NCBI GenBank assembly: GCA_965116875.1
Contig: OZ220733.1
Span: forward strand, 2,656,001-2,720,000
Length of the DNA: 64,000 nt
Direction of reading: 5' to 3'
From: Candidatus Latescibacterota bacterium
GTDB taxonomy: Bacteria > Latescibacterota > UBA2968 > GCA-2709665
The first letter of the stretch is position 1, and the number at the start of each line of letters is the position of its first letter. Of the stretch, positions 18,795-30,200 are shown in pieces. The translations under genes were made by a program, and so were the position numbers. The notes under the pieces were generated by a model. That model had not been told where the DNA came from. It ran no database searches and saw nothing but the letters and a program-made list of their open reading frames with translations.

Positions 18795-20951
18795 ATGTTC
18801 CATCATGACGAATTCCCCGATCGACTCGTTCACATCTCGGATGTCTCGTTCTTCGAAGCACTGGACCCCGATCACCCCGGGCTTGAAGAGGTCCGGTGCG
18901 CGGCGGATTCGAGACGCTACGATGAGGCGTTCGCCGCATGGTGGCGGCATTTCCTCTCCCGCAGCAACCCGGTCAATCCCTTTGCGCGTTCGGCGGATCA
19001 ACTCACGCCGAGGGTTGCCGCCAACCCGGACCTGGCGGACACCATCGTCAACGGGGGACGCCGACAATTCGGACAGGTCGATATCGACTTCTCCGGGCCG
19101 GTCGCGTTCAACGCCTGGTTTGGCGACCAGTCCAAATACGGCTTCCACTACCTGGGATGGATGGATTGCCTGACCAGGGCCGCCCTTGACACCCGCGATG
19201 TGCGGTACATCGACGCCTACCTCGAAATATTTCGACAGTGGTACGCCGCGAGACACGAAATCACGGGCGCCCGCCGGATGCATCCTGTTTTCTACGAACT
19301 CGGTCTCTCTGTAAGAAGCCACCGCTTCGTGAACTTCCTTTACGCCGTCAGGCTCCTGGAAATGGGCCGCCTGCTGACTCCCGACCACGTCCGCCTGTTC
19401 TTCAAGTCGCTCCTGGGCGCGGCCCGGTGGCTGACGATGGAACAAAACGCCAAAGGCTACCGCGAGGGAAACTGGCAGGTGCATGGCATCTCGGCGATGA
19501 TCCTTATCGGGTTCCTGCTGCCCGAACTCCGTGAGTCCGGCGACTTCCGTTCCGTCGGCGCGCACTACCTCGAGCAGCACATGGAGAAAGACTATTACGC
19601 GGACGGCGGCCACAGCGAACGCTGCTATTCCTACGGCAGCGGCTGCCTGCGCCACCTGGAAGAGGCCACCCTTCTGGCGGAAGCCAATCCCGACCTTTCC
19701 GTGCCTGCGACGCTCGATTGGCGGGAGCGAACCTCGAATGCCTACGCCTGGTTTCTCAAGATGTCCGGACCGGGCGGCGAAATGCCCGGCATCAACGACG
19801 GCGGCTTTCTGAACGGGACGGGCATCCTGAAACAGGCGTGCGACTTCACCGGAGACGGGACGTATCTCTGGCCCATCCGCCACAAGCCGGCCGCGAACGG
19901 TCCCGAGCCGGCAGAACCCGGTTTCGAGAGCCTTTGCCTTGATTCCAGCGAGTTCTGCGTGATGCGCTCGGGCTGGGAACCTGAAGACGGGTTCCTGCTC
20001 GTCAACCACGGGCAGTGGCCCGGCGGCCACAGCCACATGGGCATTCTGGACATTAACCTGTACGCCTACGGGGTGCCCCTGGCAGCCGAAGTTTCCCGGT
20101 TCGGTCCCTACGACGCACCTTGGGACATGTACTTCCGCTCCGAACAGGCGCATAACCACGTCGTCATCGAAGGCGCGCCCTCCGCCCGGCCCGAAATCCG
20201 GGGCGAAGAGATCCAGTTCGGCAGCACCGAGTCATGGGACTTCTTCTCCGGCCGGCACCGCGCGTACGAAGCCAGCGCGGGCGTTGTGATCGAACGCAGG
20301 ATCCTCTTCTTCAAGCCGTGGGGCTTCCTCGTCTCGGACGCGGTCGCGTGCTCGCATCGCCGGAGAAGCGCGCTCTGGTACCTGCACAGCGTCTTTCCCT
20401 TCACCACGCACGACACGGTCGCCTGCGCCGAAGGCGATCGCGCGGGCCTCCTCGTTGCCCCTGCGAACCGCAGACAGCTCAAATATGCGTTCAGCGGGAT
20501 CGATTACCTGGAGGAAATGGTGCGCGAAATCCCGGTCTACTCCGGCGATCCGCCCGTCGCGCCGTGGCCGGACCGGTATTTCATCGCCCTTCGGGGCTGG
20601 GGTGTCGCGGAGCCCGTCGTCCCGTTCGACGTCCTTCTGCTGCCGTATCAGGGCGCCCGTCCGGATGCGAGCGTCACGACCCTCGAGTGCCGGATCGACG
20701 GCCGCGCCGAATCTCCGGTTCTGCCCCGCGCGTTGAAGATTGCCGCCGGAGACCGTCACGTTCTCGTGATTCACGGCGCTCCGGGTGTCTCCGTCACCGC
20801 CAATGACATTTCCTTCTCGGGACACGCCGCCGCCATCGAAACCAGGAACGGCCGTCCGGAGAGGGCCTTCATTCACGGCGGCCGCCTCCTGACGGTAGCC
20901 GGGCGGAGCATCCCCATCTCAAGCCGGATGACGCAGGAAATCGAACTCTGA
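18795..20951 (+). CDS. Heparinase II/III family (polysaccharide lyase-like) protein
   Basis: GNWQ, DGGHSERCYSY, VMRSGW, GHSH, AHNHVVIEG. Confidence 0.82.
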   Translation: MFHHDEFPDRLVHISDVSFFEALDPDHPGLEEVRCAADSRRYDEAFAAWWRHFLSRSNPVNPFARSADQLTPRVAANPDLADTIVNGGRRQFGQVDIDFSGPVAFNAWFGDQSKYGFHYLGWMDCLTRAALDTRDVRYIDAYLEIFRQWYAARHEITGARRMHPVFYELGLSVRSHRFVNFLYAVRLLEMGRLLTPDHVRLFFKSLLGAARWLTMEQNAKGYREGNWQVHGISAMILIGFLLPELRESGDFRSVGAHYLEQHMEKDYYADGGHSERCYSYGSGCLRHLEEATLLAEANPDLSVPATLDWRERTSNAYAWFLKMSGPGGEMPGINDGGFLNGTGILKQACDFTGDGTYLWPIRHKPAANGPEPAEPGFESLCLDSSEFCVMRSGWEPEDGFLLVNHGQWPGGHSHMGILDINLYAYGVPLAAEVSRFGPYDAPWDMYFRSEQAHNHVVIEGAPSARPEIRGEEIQFGSTESWDFFSGRHRAYEASAGVVIERRILFFKPWGFLVSDAVACSHRRRSALWYLHSVFPFTTHDTVACAEGDRAGLLVAPANRRQLKYAFSGIDYLEEMVREIPVYSGDPPVAPWPDRYFIALRGWGVAEPVVPFDVLLLPYQGARPDASVTTLECRIDGRAESPVLPRALKIAAGDRHVLVIHGAPGVSVTANDISFSGHAAAIETRNGRPERAFIHGGRLLTVAGRSIPISSRMTQEIEL

Positions 20952-20953
20952 TT

Positions 20954-21131
20954 AGACCTACCCCCTGGCCCCCTTCCTGCAGGAAGGGGGAACATGGGTC
21001 GATAGGATTGGGTTTGCGCATGTGCCTGCATGGTATTCTCCTTTCAATAAGTGTGTTTTTGAACGACCGGCAGGGAATCCCCGGTTTACCTCCCCCTTTC
21101 CTTTAGGAGAGGGGGCCGGGGGGAGAGGTCT
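20954..21131. repeat. REPIN-like element: two inverted C-rich/G-rich palindromes
   Basis: AGACCTACCCCCTGGCCCCCTTCCTGCAGGAAGGGGG ... CCCCCTTTCCTTTAGGAGAGGGGGCCGGGGGGAGAGGTCT. Confidence 0.7.
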
Positions 21132-21224
21132 GTGGGGCTGGGTGGGTTTTGAATTTGGTTTTCGCTTTTGGCTGATGGCTGACGTCTGATAGCTGACAGC
21201 CATGTCTCAATCAAGGAACACGAG

Positions 21225-22808
21225 ATGCCCCAACCACGCATGATGTTCTACCACGACGGACGCCACCCTCTCATCTATATGTACGAGCCTCCGATGCAGA
21301 AGGAGGAATTCGAAGCCGGCGTGGACGAACTGGCGGGCACGCCCGTGGACGCCATCATGTTCTGTCTGGGTGACGGCCGCACGTTCCTCCACGACACGAA
21401 AGTGGGCGAAATCTGGGGCCACAACGTGGAAAAATGGCCCCACCTCATCTTCGACAGGGCCAACCGGAACGCCATGCATCTCATCCGGGAAGGCCACGAT
21501 CCGCTCCGCCTTATCTGCGACCGGGCCCACGAGAAGGGCATGCTCGTCTACCCCACCCTCCTCGTGCAGCAGGGGCGCGGGGACCGCGGCGAGGATGTCC
21601 GGTGCTCCGATTTCCGGTTTGAGAACGCCCACCTCGAAATCGGCGCGCGTGGAGACCTCGATCCTGATTTTCCCGGCTTTTCCTGTCTCGACTTCAGTCA
21701 CCGGGAGGTCAGGGATGAACGGTTCGCGATTGTCGAGGAAACCCTGAACGCCTACCCGGTCGACGGCTTCGAACTGCAGCTCAACTACACGCCGTATTAT
21801 TTCCACCCGGACGCGGTTGAAGAAGGCAGGGAGATCATGACTGAATGGATCGACCGGGTCCATCGCGCCGTGAAGAAAAGCGGCGGTGAACGCGAACTTG
21901 CGGTGCGCATTCCGGCCGACGTTGTGGGATGCCTGCAGGTGGGGTTGGATGTGCGGGAGTGGCTGCGGCGGGGAATCGTGGACGTCCTGATCGGGCAGAC
22001 GTTTTCCACGCCGGAACTGCTCGACTCGACGGTCGACTTCGGTCCGCTCGTCGACGCGGCCGAGGGCGCCGGATGCCGGGTCCACGCCGCGCTGCACAGC
22101 CACGTCGACTCCGACCGCCTGGCCGAAGCCACCGTCGAAATGATCCGGGCGGCGGCCTGCAACTACTGGGCCCAGGGGGTTGACGGACTCTACCTGGCCC
22201 ACTGGTTCGGCAACTGGCCGTACCAGGCGTCTTTCTATGAGAAGCTGAGGGAACTGCCCCACGCGGACGTGATGGCCTCGAAGGACAAGTACTACTATGT
22301 TCCCACCGAGACCGGGCGGTACCCCAGGCCCGTCACCGAACCCGGCATCGGCATGAATCTTCCCGCGGGGCTGACCGTGGGAGGACCGGCCCATATAGAA
22401 ATCAGGATCAGCGACGATCTCCCCCGCTGGGATGCAACCGGGCGGGTACACGACGTTGTCCTGCGCGTGCGGATCATGAATTCCACCGAACTGGACCGGT
22501 TCCGTTTCCGTTTGAACGGGAAAGACCTTCCGGACACGCAGATGCGAAGGATCAACGAGATGTACCGCATGAGCGCCCCGCGATACCGGACCGGCTCAGG
22601 ATACTGGTACATATTCCGTCCGGACCGGACCAACTGGCCGCGCACGGGCCGGAACGAGCTGGAGGTCCACCTGATCGAGCGGGACCCGGGTGTCACTCCG
22701 GACGTCTACGTCCGCGACGTGGAACTGGAGATCCGGTACCTCATGGGGAGGAGCTTTCACCGGATGGACGATCCGGACCTGGGCCCGTCCGAACCTTCGG
22801 GGGAGTAG
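21225..22808 (+). CDS. Glycoside hydrolase-like (GHL10-type TIM barrel) protein, paralogue 1
   Basis: YHDGRH, GHDPL...RAHEKGM, LDFSHREVRD, VDGFEL, GLDVREW, GVDGLY; beta-sandwich-like C-terminus. Confidence 0.65.
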   Translation: MPQPRMMFYHDGRHPLIYMYEPPMQKEEFEAGVDELAGTPVDAIMFCLGDGRTFLHDTKVGEIWGHNVEKWPHLIFDRANRNAMHLIREGHDPLRLICDRAHEKGMLVYPTLLVQQGRGDRGEDVRCSDFRFENAHLEIGARGDLDPDFPGFSCLDFSHREVRDERFAIVEETLNAYPVDGFELQLNYTPYYFHPDAVEEGREIMTEWIDRVHRAVKKSGGERELAVRIPADVVGCLQVGLDVREWLRRGIVDVLIGQTFSTPELLDSTVDFGPLVDAAEGAGCRVHAALHSHVDSDRLAEATVEMIRAAACNYWAQGVDGLYLAHWFGNWPYQASFYEKLRELPHADVMASKDKYYYVPTETGRYPRPVTEPGIGMNLPAGLTVGGPAHIEIRISDDLPRWDATGRVHDVVLRVRIMNSTELDRFRFRLNGKDLPDTQMRRINEMYRMSAPRYRTGSGYWYIFRPDRTNWPRTGRNELEVHLIERDPGVTPDVYVRDVELEIRYLMGRSFHRMDDPDLGPSEPSGE

Positions 22809-22872
22809 TCGCGCGGGATCAGTTCGGCTGGACGGGGAGAGACATCATCGGGAGGGATGGGAAAGGTAATCA

Positions 22873-24339
22873 ATGAGAAAAAAACGCACGATCTATTTCA
22901 ACGACGCCCGCCACTACTATCTGTTCGTCTTCGAACCGCCGATGCGTCTGGAAGACGCCTGGGTGCCCGTAGACGAGGTCGCCGGTACGGCCGTGGACAC
23001 GTTTGTCTACGGCGTCTCCCGTGCGGACGGTCTCTTCTACCCCTCCAGGATCGGCATCATGTTCGGTGACGATCTGCGGCCGTTCCGGCACGTCCACGAG
23101 TGGCGCGCCTGGGAGAACATGCAGAGTCTCATCGCCCGCGGCCTGGACCCTCTGACCGTCCTGGTCGACCGCGCGCACGAGAAGGGCATGGACTTCATCG
23201 CCAGCCTGAGGATGGGCGGCTACGGCGGCATGGCCCCGGAACACGCGCTCAATAACGGAGGGCGGGGTTTCGTCCATCCGGAAGTGCGCGATCATCAGCG
23301 GGCGATCCTGGAGGAACTCGCCACGCGGTACGCGGTCGAAGGCGTGGAACTGGACTTCGCCGCCTCGCCCGGCGGATGTCCCTTCTGGCTGCGGGCGGAA
23401 GACGCGTCCGAATACACGCCGGTGATGACGGATTTCGTAAGAGAGACCGCCGAAATCGTCCGTGGCCGGCCGGGGGGTGCCGCGTCGATCGGCGCCCGCG
23501 TCTACCCCACGGAAGAACTGAACCTGAAGGCCGGTCTGGACGTGCGGACCTGGATTCGGGACGGGTTGGTCGACTTCCTGGTTCCGATGCTCTATCTCGA
23601 CTTCGTCCTGGACGCCAATATGCCGGTCGGCTGGCTCGTGCAGGCCGCCCACGACCACGATATTTCCGTCTACGGCATGCTTCAGCCCTACAGCAGCGAC
23701 GAGAGCCGGCGGTTCAATACGGCCGAAAACGCGACCGCCCCGATGATGCGCGCGGCCGCCGCGAATTTCCGGGAACTGGACGTCGACGGCCTGTACACCT
23801 GGTTTCTCCCGTGGCCCGTGGACGAAGCCGGCCGCAGTCTCCTCTCGCAACTGGGCGATGCCGAGCTTGTACGGGAAGCCGACAAGCACTACTTCCTGCG
23901 CCGCCGGTGCGACGAGGCAGCCGAATACGACTACGGCGCCTATCTGCCCCTTGAGATTGCCTCACCAGAACCGGGAAGATACCGCGAGATCCCCTTCTCC
24001 ATCGCCGACGAACCCGAAAACGACCGGATACGGCGCATCCGCCTGAGGATCGGGGTCAGCAATCTCGTCTCGGCGGACCGGCTCGAGATCCGGTTGAACG
24101 GCGCCGGACTGGACGACAGGTCCTGTCGTCGTTCACCGATCCGTTCCCGGGATCCGTACGCGGGTCAACTGCTGGAATTCGACCTGGAAAACGTTCGTCC
24201 CCGGAAGGGCCGGAATGTGCTCGAAATATTCCTGCGGGAACGGCCTCCCGGATTCGAAGGAGGGATCGTGGTCGAAGACGTGGATATCTTCGTCGAATAC
24301 GGAACATTTCCGACTCCTCATCAGGGGTCGATCGAATGA
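22873..24339 (+). CDS. Glycoside hydrolase-like (GHL10-type) protein, paralogue 2
   Basis: YFNDARH, GLDPL...RAHEKGM, SLRM, EGVELDF, GLDVRTW; aligns by eye to paralogue 1. Confidence 0.65.
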   Translation: MRKKRTIYFNDARHYYLFVFEPPMRLEDAWVPVDEVAGTAVDTFVYGVSRADGLFYPSRIGIMFGDDLRPFRHVHEWRAWENMQSLIARGLDPLTVLVDRAHEKGMDFIASLRMGGYGGMAPEHALNNGGRGFVHPEVRDHQRAILEELATRYAVEGVELDFAASPGGCPFWLRAEDASEYTPVMTDFVRETAEIVRGRPGGAASIGARVYPTEELNLKAGLDVRTWIRDGLVDFLVPMLYLDFVLDANMPVGWLVQAAHDHDISVYGMLQPYSSDESRRFNTAENATAPMMRAAAANFRELDVDGLYTWFLPWPVDEAGRSLLSQLGDAELVREADKHYFLRRRCDEAAEYDYGAYLPLEIASPEPGRYREIPFSIADEPENDRIRRIRLRIGVSNLVSADRLEIRLNGAGLDDRSCRRSPIRSRDPYAGQLLEFDLENVRPRKGRNVLEIFLRERPPGFEGGIVVEDVDIFVEYGTFPTPHQGSIE

Positions 24340-24372
24340 CCCGATGGGAATCAGGGCAGGTATCCGGCGGCG

Positions 24373-25956
24373 TCAATAGAGAACGACCACTTCCACGTCC
24401 GTCAGGACGAGGTCGCACGTCAACTGCGGATGGCGTTCAACCAGGCCGACGTTGACGACGTGCTTCCCCCGGGAGATTTCCGTGGATCGCAGCGGGAAAC
24501 ACAGCCACACCGCGCGGCTCACGTCGGAAATACGGCGGATGCCGGGCGGAGGCTGGAAGGCGCCGCCCGGAGGATTGGTGTTGTCCATGACGCAGTAGCG
24601 GACTTCAGGGTCTTCCAGCTCCCGGCCGTCCAGGCATACCCGAACGCGATCGCCGTCCACCCACTGGTCGAGGCGGACGCGGAGTTCCAGGTGCGACGGG
24701 CCATCGCCCCCCACGTCGTCGGCAATGTCCAGCGTGATGGCCGGCATTTCGCCCGTCATCGTATTCTTGAGGGCAACCGGCACCTCCCCCAGGATCCGGT
24801 CGATGCGGTAGGCGCCGCGCCAGGGTCCTTCCTTCTGAATGAACCGGTGTGTGGCCGCATAGACCTTATCGGTGCGGCGGAGCGTTTCGGGCGATGCGAT
24901 CTGCGAGAGCAACTCCCGTTTCATGTCCCGGTTGGCGTGCCAGTTGAACACGTAGATGCCGTCGGCGCCGGCGCGATGGTAGCGGGAGGCAATCGCCCGG
25001 GTGCGCATTCGATCCTTGACTTCAGGCGCTTCCGGGCCCACGAACGGGTCCGGCAGTCCGCTGTCGAATCCCGCGTAGACGGCGATCCCCCTGTCGCGGC
25101 ACATCTCCACGAACGGGGCCACCTCCAGAGACGCATCGGTTACGGCGCCCCCTCCCAGAATCAGGACGTCCACCAGTCCCTCTTCGATCCACACGGGGAT
25201 ATCGTAGCCGATGCGGCGGCACATTTCCTGAGAGCCTGCCACGCGCACCGCCAGATAGAATGGCCTGCCGCGCCGCTTGGCAACGTCGTCCGTTAACTGC
25301 CGGACCCGCCGCTGGAGGTCGGTAAGCACGTACCGCAGCCGGTAGGCCTCGTCCTCGGGAAGGTGAAACGCGTGACGCTGCCAGTCCAGTTCCACGCCGT
25401 CCCAGTCGTACCGCCGGACGACCTCCTCGATATGGGTATACCGGTGCTCGCGGACTTCGGGGACAGCCATATTCCACGAGAGCGCGAACCACTCCGACGT
25501 CCGCTCGCCCAGCACCCACTCCGGGTGCTCCCGCCGCATCTGGGTCAGTTCGCTGTGGTGAAGCGTTGGGAGGTCTGCCACCTGCGCCCCGTCGAAGTGG
25601 TTGTCGTTCATGCGCACGGATGCGTAGACGGCCATGCCCCGGGCGCGGCCGTGTTCGATCAGCGAGACGTGCGGGTCCTCTCCCCGCTCGAGCATCAGGC
25701 GGATGTTTTCGGTGTGGGTATACGCCGAGACGTTCTCGTACCTTCGCCCGTGAACGTCGCCCAGCATTTCGAGCGCGGAATCCGGCCAGCGGGCGGCGTG
25801 CTCGCCGATGCACCAGAACAACGCCCCCACCTGCGTTTCCTCGATTGGCGCGTAGGCCTTCTCGAGAAACGCTTCCATGGACTGGGGCACTGGGGAATAG
25901 CCGTGGGGCGCCCCGTCCCAGTTGTAGATGATCCCGTAGTCAAAGGGTCCGGACAT
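24373..25956 (-). CDS. Glycoside hydrolase-like (GHL10-type) protein, paralogue 3
   Basis: IIYNWDG, SVRMNDNH, HPEW, DGVELDWQRH, GADGIYVFN; GGAGG RBS. Confidence 0.68.
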   Translation of the reverse strand: MSGPFDYGIIYNWDGAPHGYSPVPQSMEAFLEKAYAPIEETQVGALFWCIGEHAARWPDSALEMLGDVHGRRYENVSAYTHTENIRLMLERGEDPHVSLIEHGRARGMAVYASVRMNDNHFDGAQVADLPTLHHSELTQMRREHPEWVLGERTSEWFALSWNMAVPEVREHRYTHIEEVVRRYDWDGVELDWQRHAFHLPEDEAYRLRYVLTDLQRRVRQLTDDVAKRRGRPFYLAVRVAGSQEMCRRIGYDIPVWIEEGLVDVLILGGGAVTDASLEVAPFVEMCRDRGIAVYAGFDSGLPDPFVGPEAPEVKDRMRTRAIASRYHRAGADGIYVFNWHANRDMKRELLSQIASPETLRRTDKVYAATHRFIQKEGPWRGAYRIDRILGEVPVALKNTMTGEMPAITLDIADDVGGDGPSHLELRVRLDQWVDGDRVRVCLDGRELEDPEVRYCVMDNTNPPGGAFQPPPGIRRISDVSRAVWLCFPLRSTEISRGKHVVNVGLVERHPQLTCDLVLTDVEVVVLY

Positions 25957-26059
25957 CGATACCTCCTGTTGAAGTGTCCTGCTCCCGGGAAATCTTTTCA
26001 TTCGGGCAACCAGCCTATACGATCAAATCGCAGCGAACGTTTCCGGTACCAATTTGCGA

Positions 26060-26087
26060 TTGACATTACATCGCGTCCCTCTATTTT
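26060..26087 (+). promoter_or_regulatory. Putative sigma70 promoter
   Basis: TTGACA-16 nt-TATTTT in the divergent intergenic region. Confidence 0.4.
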
Positions 26088-26258
26088 ACGGGCGAATTCA
26101 CACCTTTCAAACATCAGTTTCTGACGCTGACGGCAGTGAACTTGTCAACTGCATGAGCCCCGCAGTATTCGTCACCAGCTTGCGGTTGTTCTGCACTGTT
26201 TAACTCATTTTGTGCTTTTTGTGCTTTTTGTGGCAATTGTTCCACTCAACCCGCTCTT

Positions 26259-27041
26259 ATGAAATCCGCATTCTGCACCAACGCATTCGGCAACGAACAG
26301 GCCGATCAGGAAAAGGCCATCCCCTACCTGGCTGAACTGGGTTACGACGGCATCGAGCTCTGGCAGCAGTACCTCTGCCAGGCGGACCTGGCATGGGTCC
26401 GCTCGATCGCAGCCGGACACGGCCTCGAAATCGTGCAGATCTGCCCCTACTTCGACTTCACCACCAGCCAGGCCACCTGGGACCAGAGCATCCGGGATGC
26501 CGAGACCTTTATCGAATACGCGGTCGCGCTCGACTGTCCCTTCATCCGCACCTACACCGGCAACGTGGGGAGCGCGGACGCCACCGCAGGGCAATGGGAC
26601 GCCTGCGTCCGGGGCCTGCGGAGAATCTGTGAAATGGGCGCCGCGTACAATATCGTCTTCCCCTTGGAAACACACCAGGTGATTCACCATGGGCCCAACC
26701 TGACGGATACCAGCCCGAGCACGTTGAAACTGCTCGACGACGTGGGCATGGAGAACCTGACGGTCAATCTCCAGACGCCTCTCGTCGGCGAATCCGTCTT
26801 CCATACCGTCGAGCAGCTCGGGGAACGCGTTGTCCACCTGCACGCCCACAACTGGGTGGGCGGCTGGCCGGAACTCACGTTTCTGGACGCCGGCGACGTG
26901 GATTTCACCGCGTTCGTCCGGCGCCTGCAACACAAGGGCTTCGACGGCTATATTTCGATCGAACACGGCAGCCATCATCCGCCGTACGAGACGGCTGCGC
27001 ACGAAATCGCATACCTGAAGCAACTCATCGAAGGACAATAG
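26259..27041 (+). CDS. Sugar phosphate isomerase/epimerase (xylose isomerase-like TIM barrel)
   Basis: GYDGIEL, LETH, VHLHA, GDVDF, GFDGYISIEH. Confidence 0.88.
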   Translation: MKSAFCTNAFGNEQADQEKAIPYLAELGYDGIELWQQYLCQADLAWVRSIAAGHGLEIVQICPYFDFTTSQATWDQSIRDAETFIEYAVALDCPFIRTYTGNVGSADATAGQWDACVRGLRRICEMGAAYNIVFPLETHQVIHHGPNLTDTSPSTLKLLDDVGMENLTVNLQTPLVGESVFHTVEQLGERVVHLHAHNWVGGWPELTFLDAGDVDFTAFVRRLQHKGFDGYISIEHGSHHPPYETAAHEIAYLKQLIEGQ

Positions 27042-27096
27042 CCCGCAGCCTGAAGCAGCCGGTCAAAGGCGTTGTCCCGGCTCAGGAGACAGATAA

Positions 27097-27258
27097 GAAG
27101 CTGTTTTAAAATAACCGGCGAGTTCCCGAGCGCGAGCGAAAAAGCGGCGGTCAAGGCGGGAGAACCCGCCCATATTTGTCTATACGGGTGGGTTTGACCA
27201 ACGCCGACCCCCGCTTTTGCAGCCGCGCGAAGACCGCTGGGGATTTTAAGACAGCTTC
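27097..27258 (-). mobile_element. 162-bp MITE, copy 2, flanked by a TAA direct repeat
   Basis: TAA|GAAGCTGTTTTAAAAT...ATTTTAAGACAGCTTC|TAA. Confidence 0.9.
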
Positions 27259-27287
27259 TAAGGTCGAGTCGACGATCGGAGTCCGCC

Positions 27288-30200
27288 ATGCCGCAGCGGA
27301 GAATGCCCCTGAAGAACCTCAGCCAACCCAAACCGCGATACCCGGACACCGTCCTTGTCGAACAGGGGCGCGCCGCGTCCGCCATCGTACGACCGTCGGA
27401 CGACAGGTACGTCGCCGTTGCCGAGGCCATTCGCAGGAAAGTCCGGGACCTTTCGGGCGCCGATCTGCCCATTCTTGACCACAACGCCGCCGTGAGGACG
27501 CCCCGACGAAACCTCATCCTTCTGGGCAATCTGAACAACAACAGGGCGGTCTTCCGGCTCTACGGGTACAGCTACACCCCGGCGGACGACCACTTCCCCG
27601 GCGCCGGCGGCCATCTTCTCCACACAATCCACGATCCCTGGGGCAATGGCAGAAACGCCGTCGGGGTTTTCGGCAGCGATCTGTCCGGGGTCGAAACCGC
27701 CGCCGGCCTGCTGCTCGAGCGCCTGGAATCGGGAGCGACCCTTGCTCCCGGCCCCATGTTCGACGTCAGGTACGGCGCGGATGCCCGGAAAGACGCCGGA
27801 ATTCCAAAAGAACCGGACCCGGACGCCGAAATGGCGGAAGCGGAAGAGGACCTCGCGCGTGGTTCCCATACCGGCCTGTGGAGCAGGATCGGACAACGGG
27901 GCCTGCTCTACGGGCTCACCGGGAAAGACGTCTACGCCGAAATCTACAAACGACTGGTCTACCGGATGTACGACCACGTCCTGTCCGATCCGGACAATTA
28001 CGGCAGCGTATGGGGTTTTGACGCGGACTTCGCGCTGCAGTACGTCATGCCCGGGTGGGACCTCGTGGAAGAAAGTCCCGCGATCTCCACCGACGACCGC
28101 CTGCGGATCACACGTATCCTGTTTGAATTCATCTCGGATTGCGTATCTCACGTGGGTGACGTCGAGAACGATCGCGTCCGCCACAACCACGCGACCTACG
28201 CCGCGCTGGGCCTTCACTATGCCGGCGCCTATTTCAAGAAATATTACAGGGCTACGCAGGCCTACCGCTGGCTGGCTCTGTCGGAAAAATGCTTCAGGGT
28301 GCAGGTCAACGCGTTCAAGCCGTACGAGGACTGCGGGCACTACCATTGGCGCACCCATTTCCACGCGATGCGCTACACGCTCAGCACGGGCGACATGACG
28401 TTTTTCGATACGGGAAATGCGAGGCGCGCCGGCGACTACGCCATCCTGACAACGGACAATCTGGGCTGCGCCGTGCCCAATGGAGACACGGCCTCCCCGT
28501 TCGGCACATGGACCGAAATGCCCTACCTGCGAGCCATGGTCTGCGTGACGGGAGACGGCCGCTACCAGTGGATGCTCGACAAGAAGAAGGCCATGGCGCC
28601 GCGCCCGCACCCGTACGAACACAGCCGCGACGTGGAGCCCGTCGAGCCCACCGACCTGGAGGGGGCGCAGGTCTATCCGGTAGATCCCGGATATTACGAT
28701 TCAACGAACGGCAGCGACCACCTGCCGCTGGACAGGACCTTCGACAAGGTCGTCTTCCGGGACGGGTTCGCGCCTGAAAACCAGTATCTGTTTCTCGACG
28801 GGCTGTCCAACGGCGGTCACAAGCATTACGACGGCAACTCGATCTGCCGCCTCACCCAGAACCGCCGCATCTGGCTGGCCGACTGCGACTACATCAAATC
28901 GCTGCCCAAGTTCCACAACGGCGTCCTGATCTTCAAGGACGGGCAATCCGCCGAAATCCCTCCCTTCGTGGAACTGGAGCGGTTTGCCGCCAACCGGGAT
29001 ACCGGGTTCTCCCGGACGACCCTTCGTTCCTACAGCGGCGTGGACTGGCGCCGCAACATCCTCTGGAACCGGGGGGCCTTCTTCCTGGTCATTGACGAGA
29101 TGGAGGCCCTGGGAGAAGCCGAATACAGCTTCCGCGCCGTCTGGCAGACGCTGGGCGACGTGAAGCTCGACAGGGGCGGCCTGGCGGTGGAACAGAACGG
29201 CGAACGATTCTTCATCCACGGCCTGCCGGGGCCCGGACTCAGGCTCGAGGACGATCCGGTTACCGGCAGGAACTGGGACCGGTACGAACACGCCGAACCG
29301 ATCGTGCGCATCCTCCAGCAGATTGCCAACGTGCGCCTCGGGGAAGGGGAGGCATACCGGTTCTTCAACCTGCTTTATTGCGGCCCGTTGAGACTTGAGA
29401 TGTCGCAGATCGCAGAGAACGCCGTGCGCATTGACGGCGGTCCGGAAACCGTTTTCGCGGGTGTCGGACAGACCCGGGCCGCTACGGTGCTGCCTTCCGG
29501 CCCCCGGGTCGCTGCCGCCCAATTTCAAATATCGCCGCTTGCTCTTGCCATTGTCGACGGCACGGAAGTGTCGTGGGAAGACACGGTGTTCAGGAGCGAT
29601 CGTCCCGTGTCTCTCGAATACGACCTGTCGGCTTCGCGGGGCGCCGTCGCCGCCTCCGGTCCGGCGGAGATCACGCTGTCCGCCGGAAGCGGGACGGTGG
29701 TGGAAGTGGACGGCCGGCCGGTCGATGCCGGCGTTTCCGGCGGCGCCGTCACGTTTCGTGTGCCCGGAGGCAGGCACGACGTCGCGTTGATCCCCCCTGC
29801 CCTCGCGGGAATTCGCCGCGCCGAAGGCGGAACGACCGCAACCGTTTTCGTGCCCCGCTTCCGGACTCCGCGCGGGAGGGGCCGTATTCCGTCCCTGCAA
29901 GCCGTCTGGTCTCACAGGGAGGACAACGCCCTGCTGTCCCTGCAGGCCGCGGACCTGGACCGCGACGGCAGGGATGAAGTCATTGCTGGCGGCCGCACCG
30001 GGGCCATCCACGCATACAGGGACGGAAGCCCGCTCTGGCGGCATCCCACGGGCGGCGCCGTGAGGTCCGTCTGCGCCGCGGACCTTGAAAACGACGGCCG
30101 GCCGGAGATCATCGCCGGTTCGGAAGACGAACACGTATATGTTCTGAATGCAGCGGGCGATCTCGAGTGGGACTTCAAGATTCCGTTTTACTTCCAGGAA

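Noticed and set aside
17778-20159. 793-aa minus-strand ORF (also 28701-30557, 31929-33731, 39382-41148, 1402-2751)
   Set aside because: All are antisense to genes with clear family motifs.
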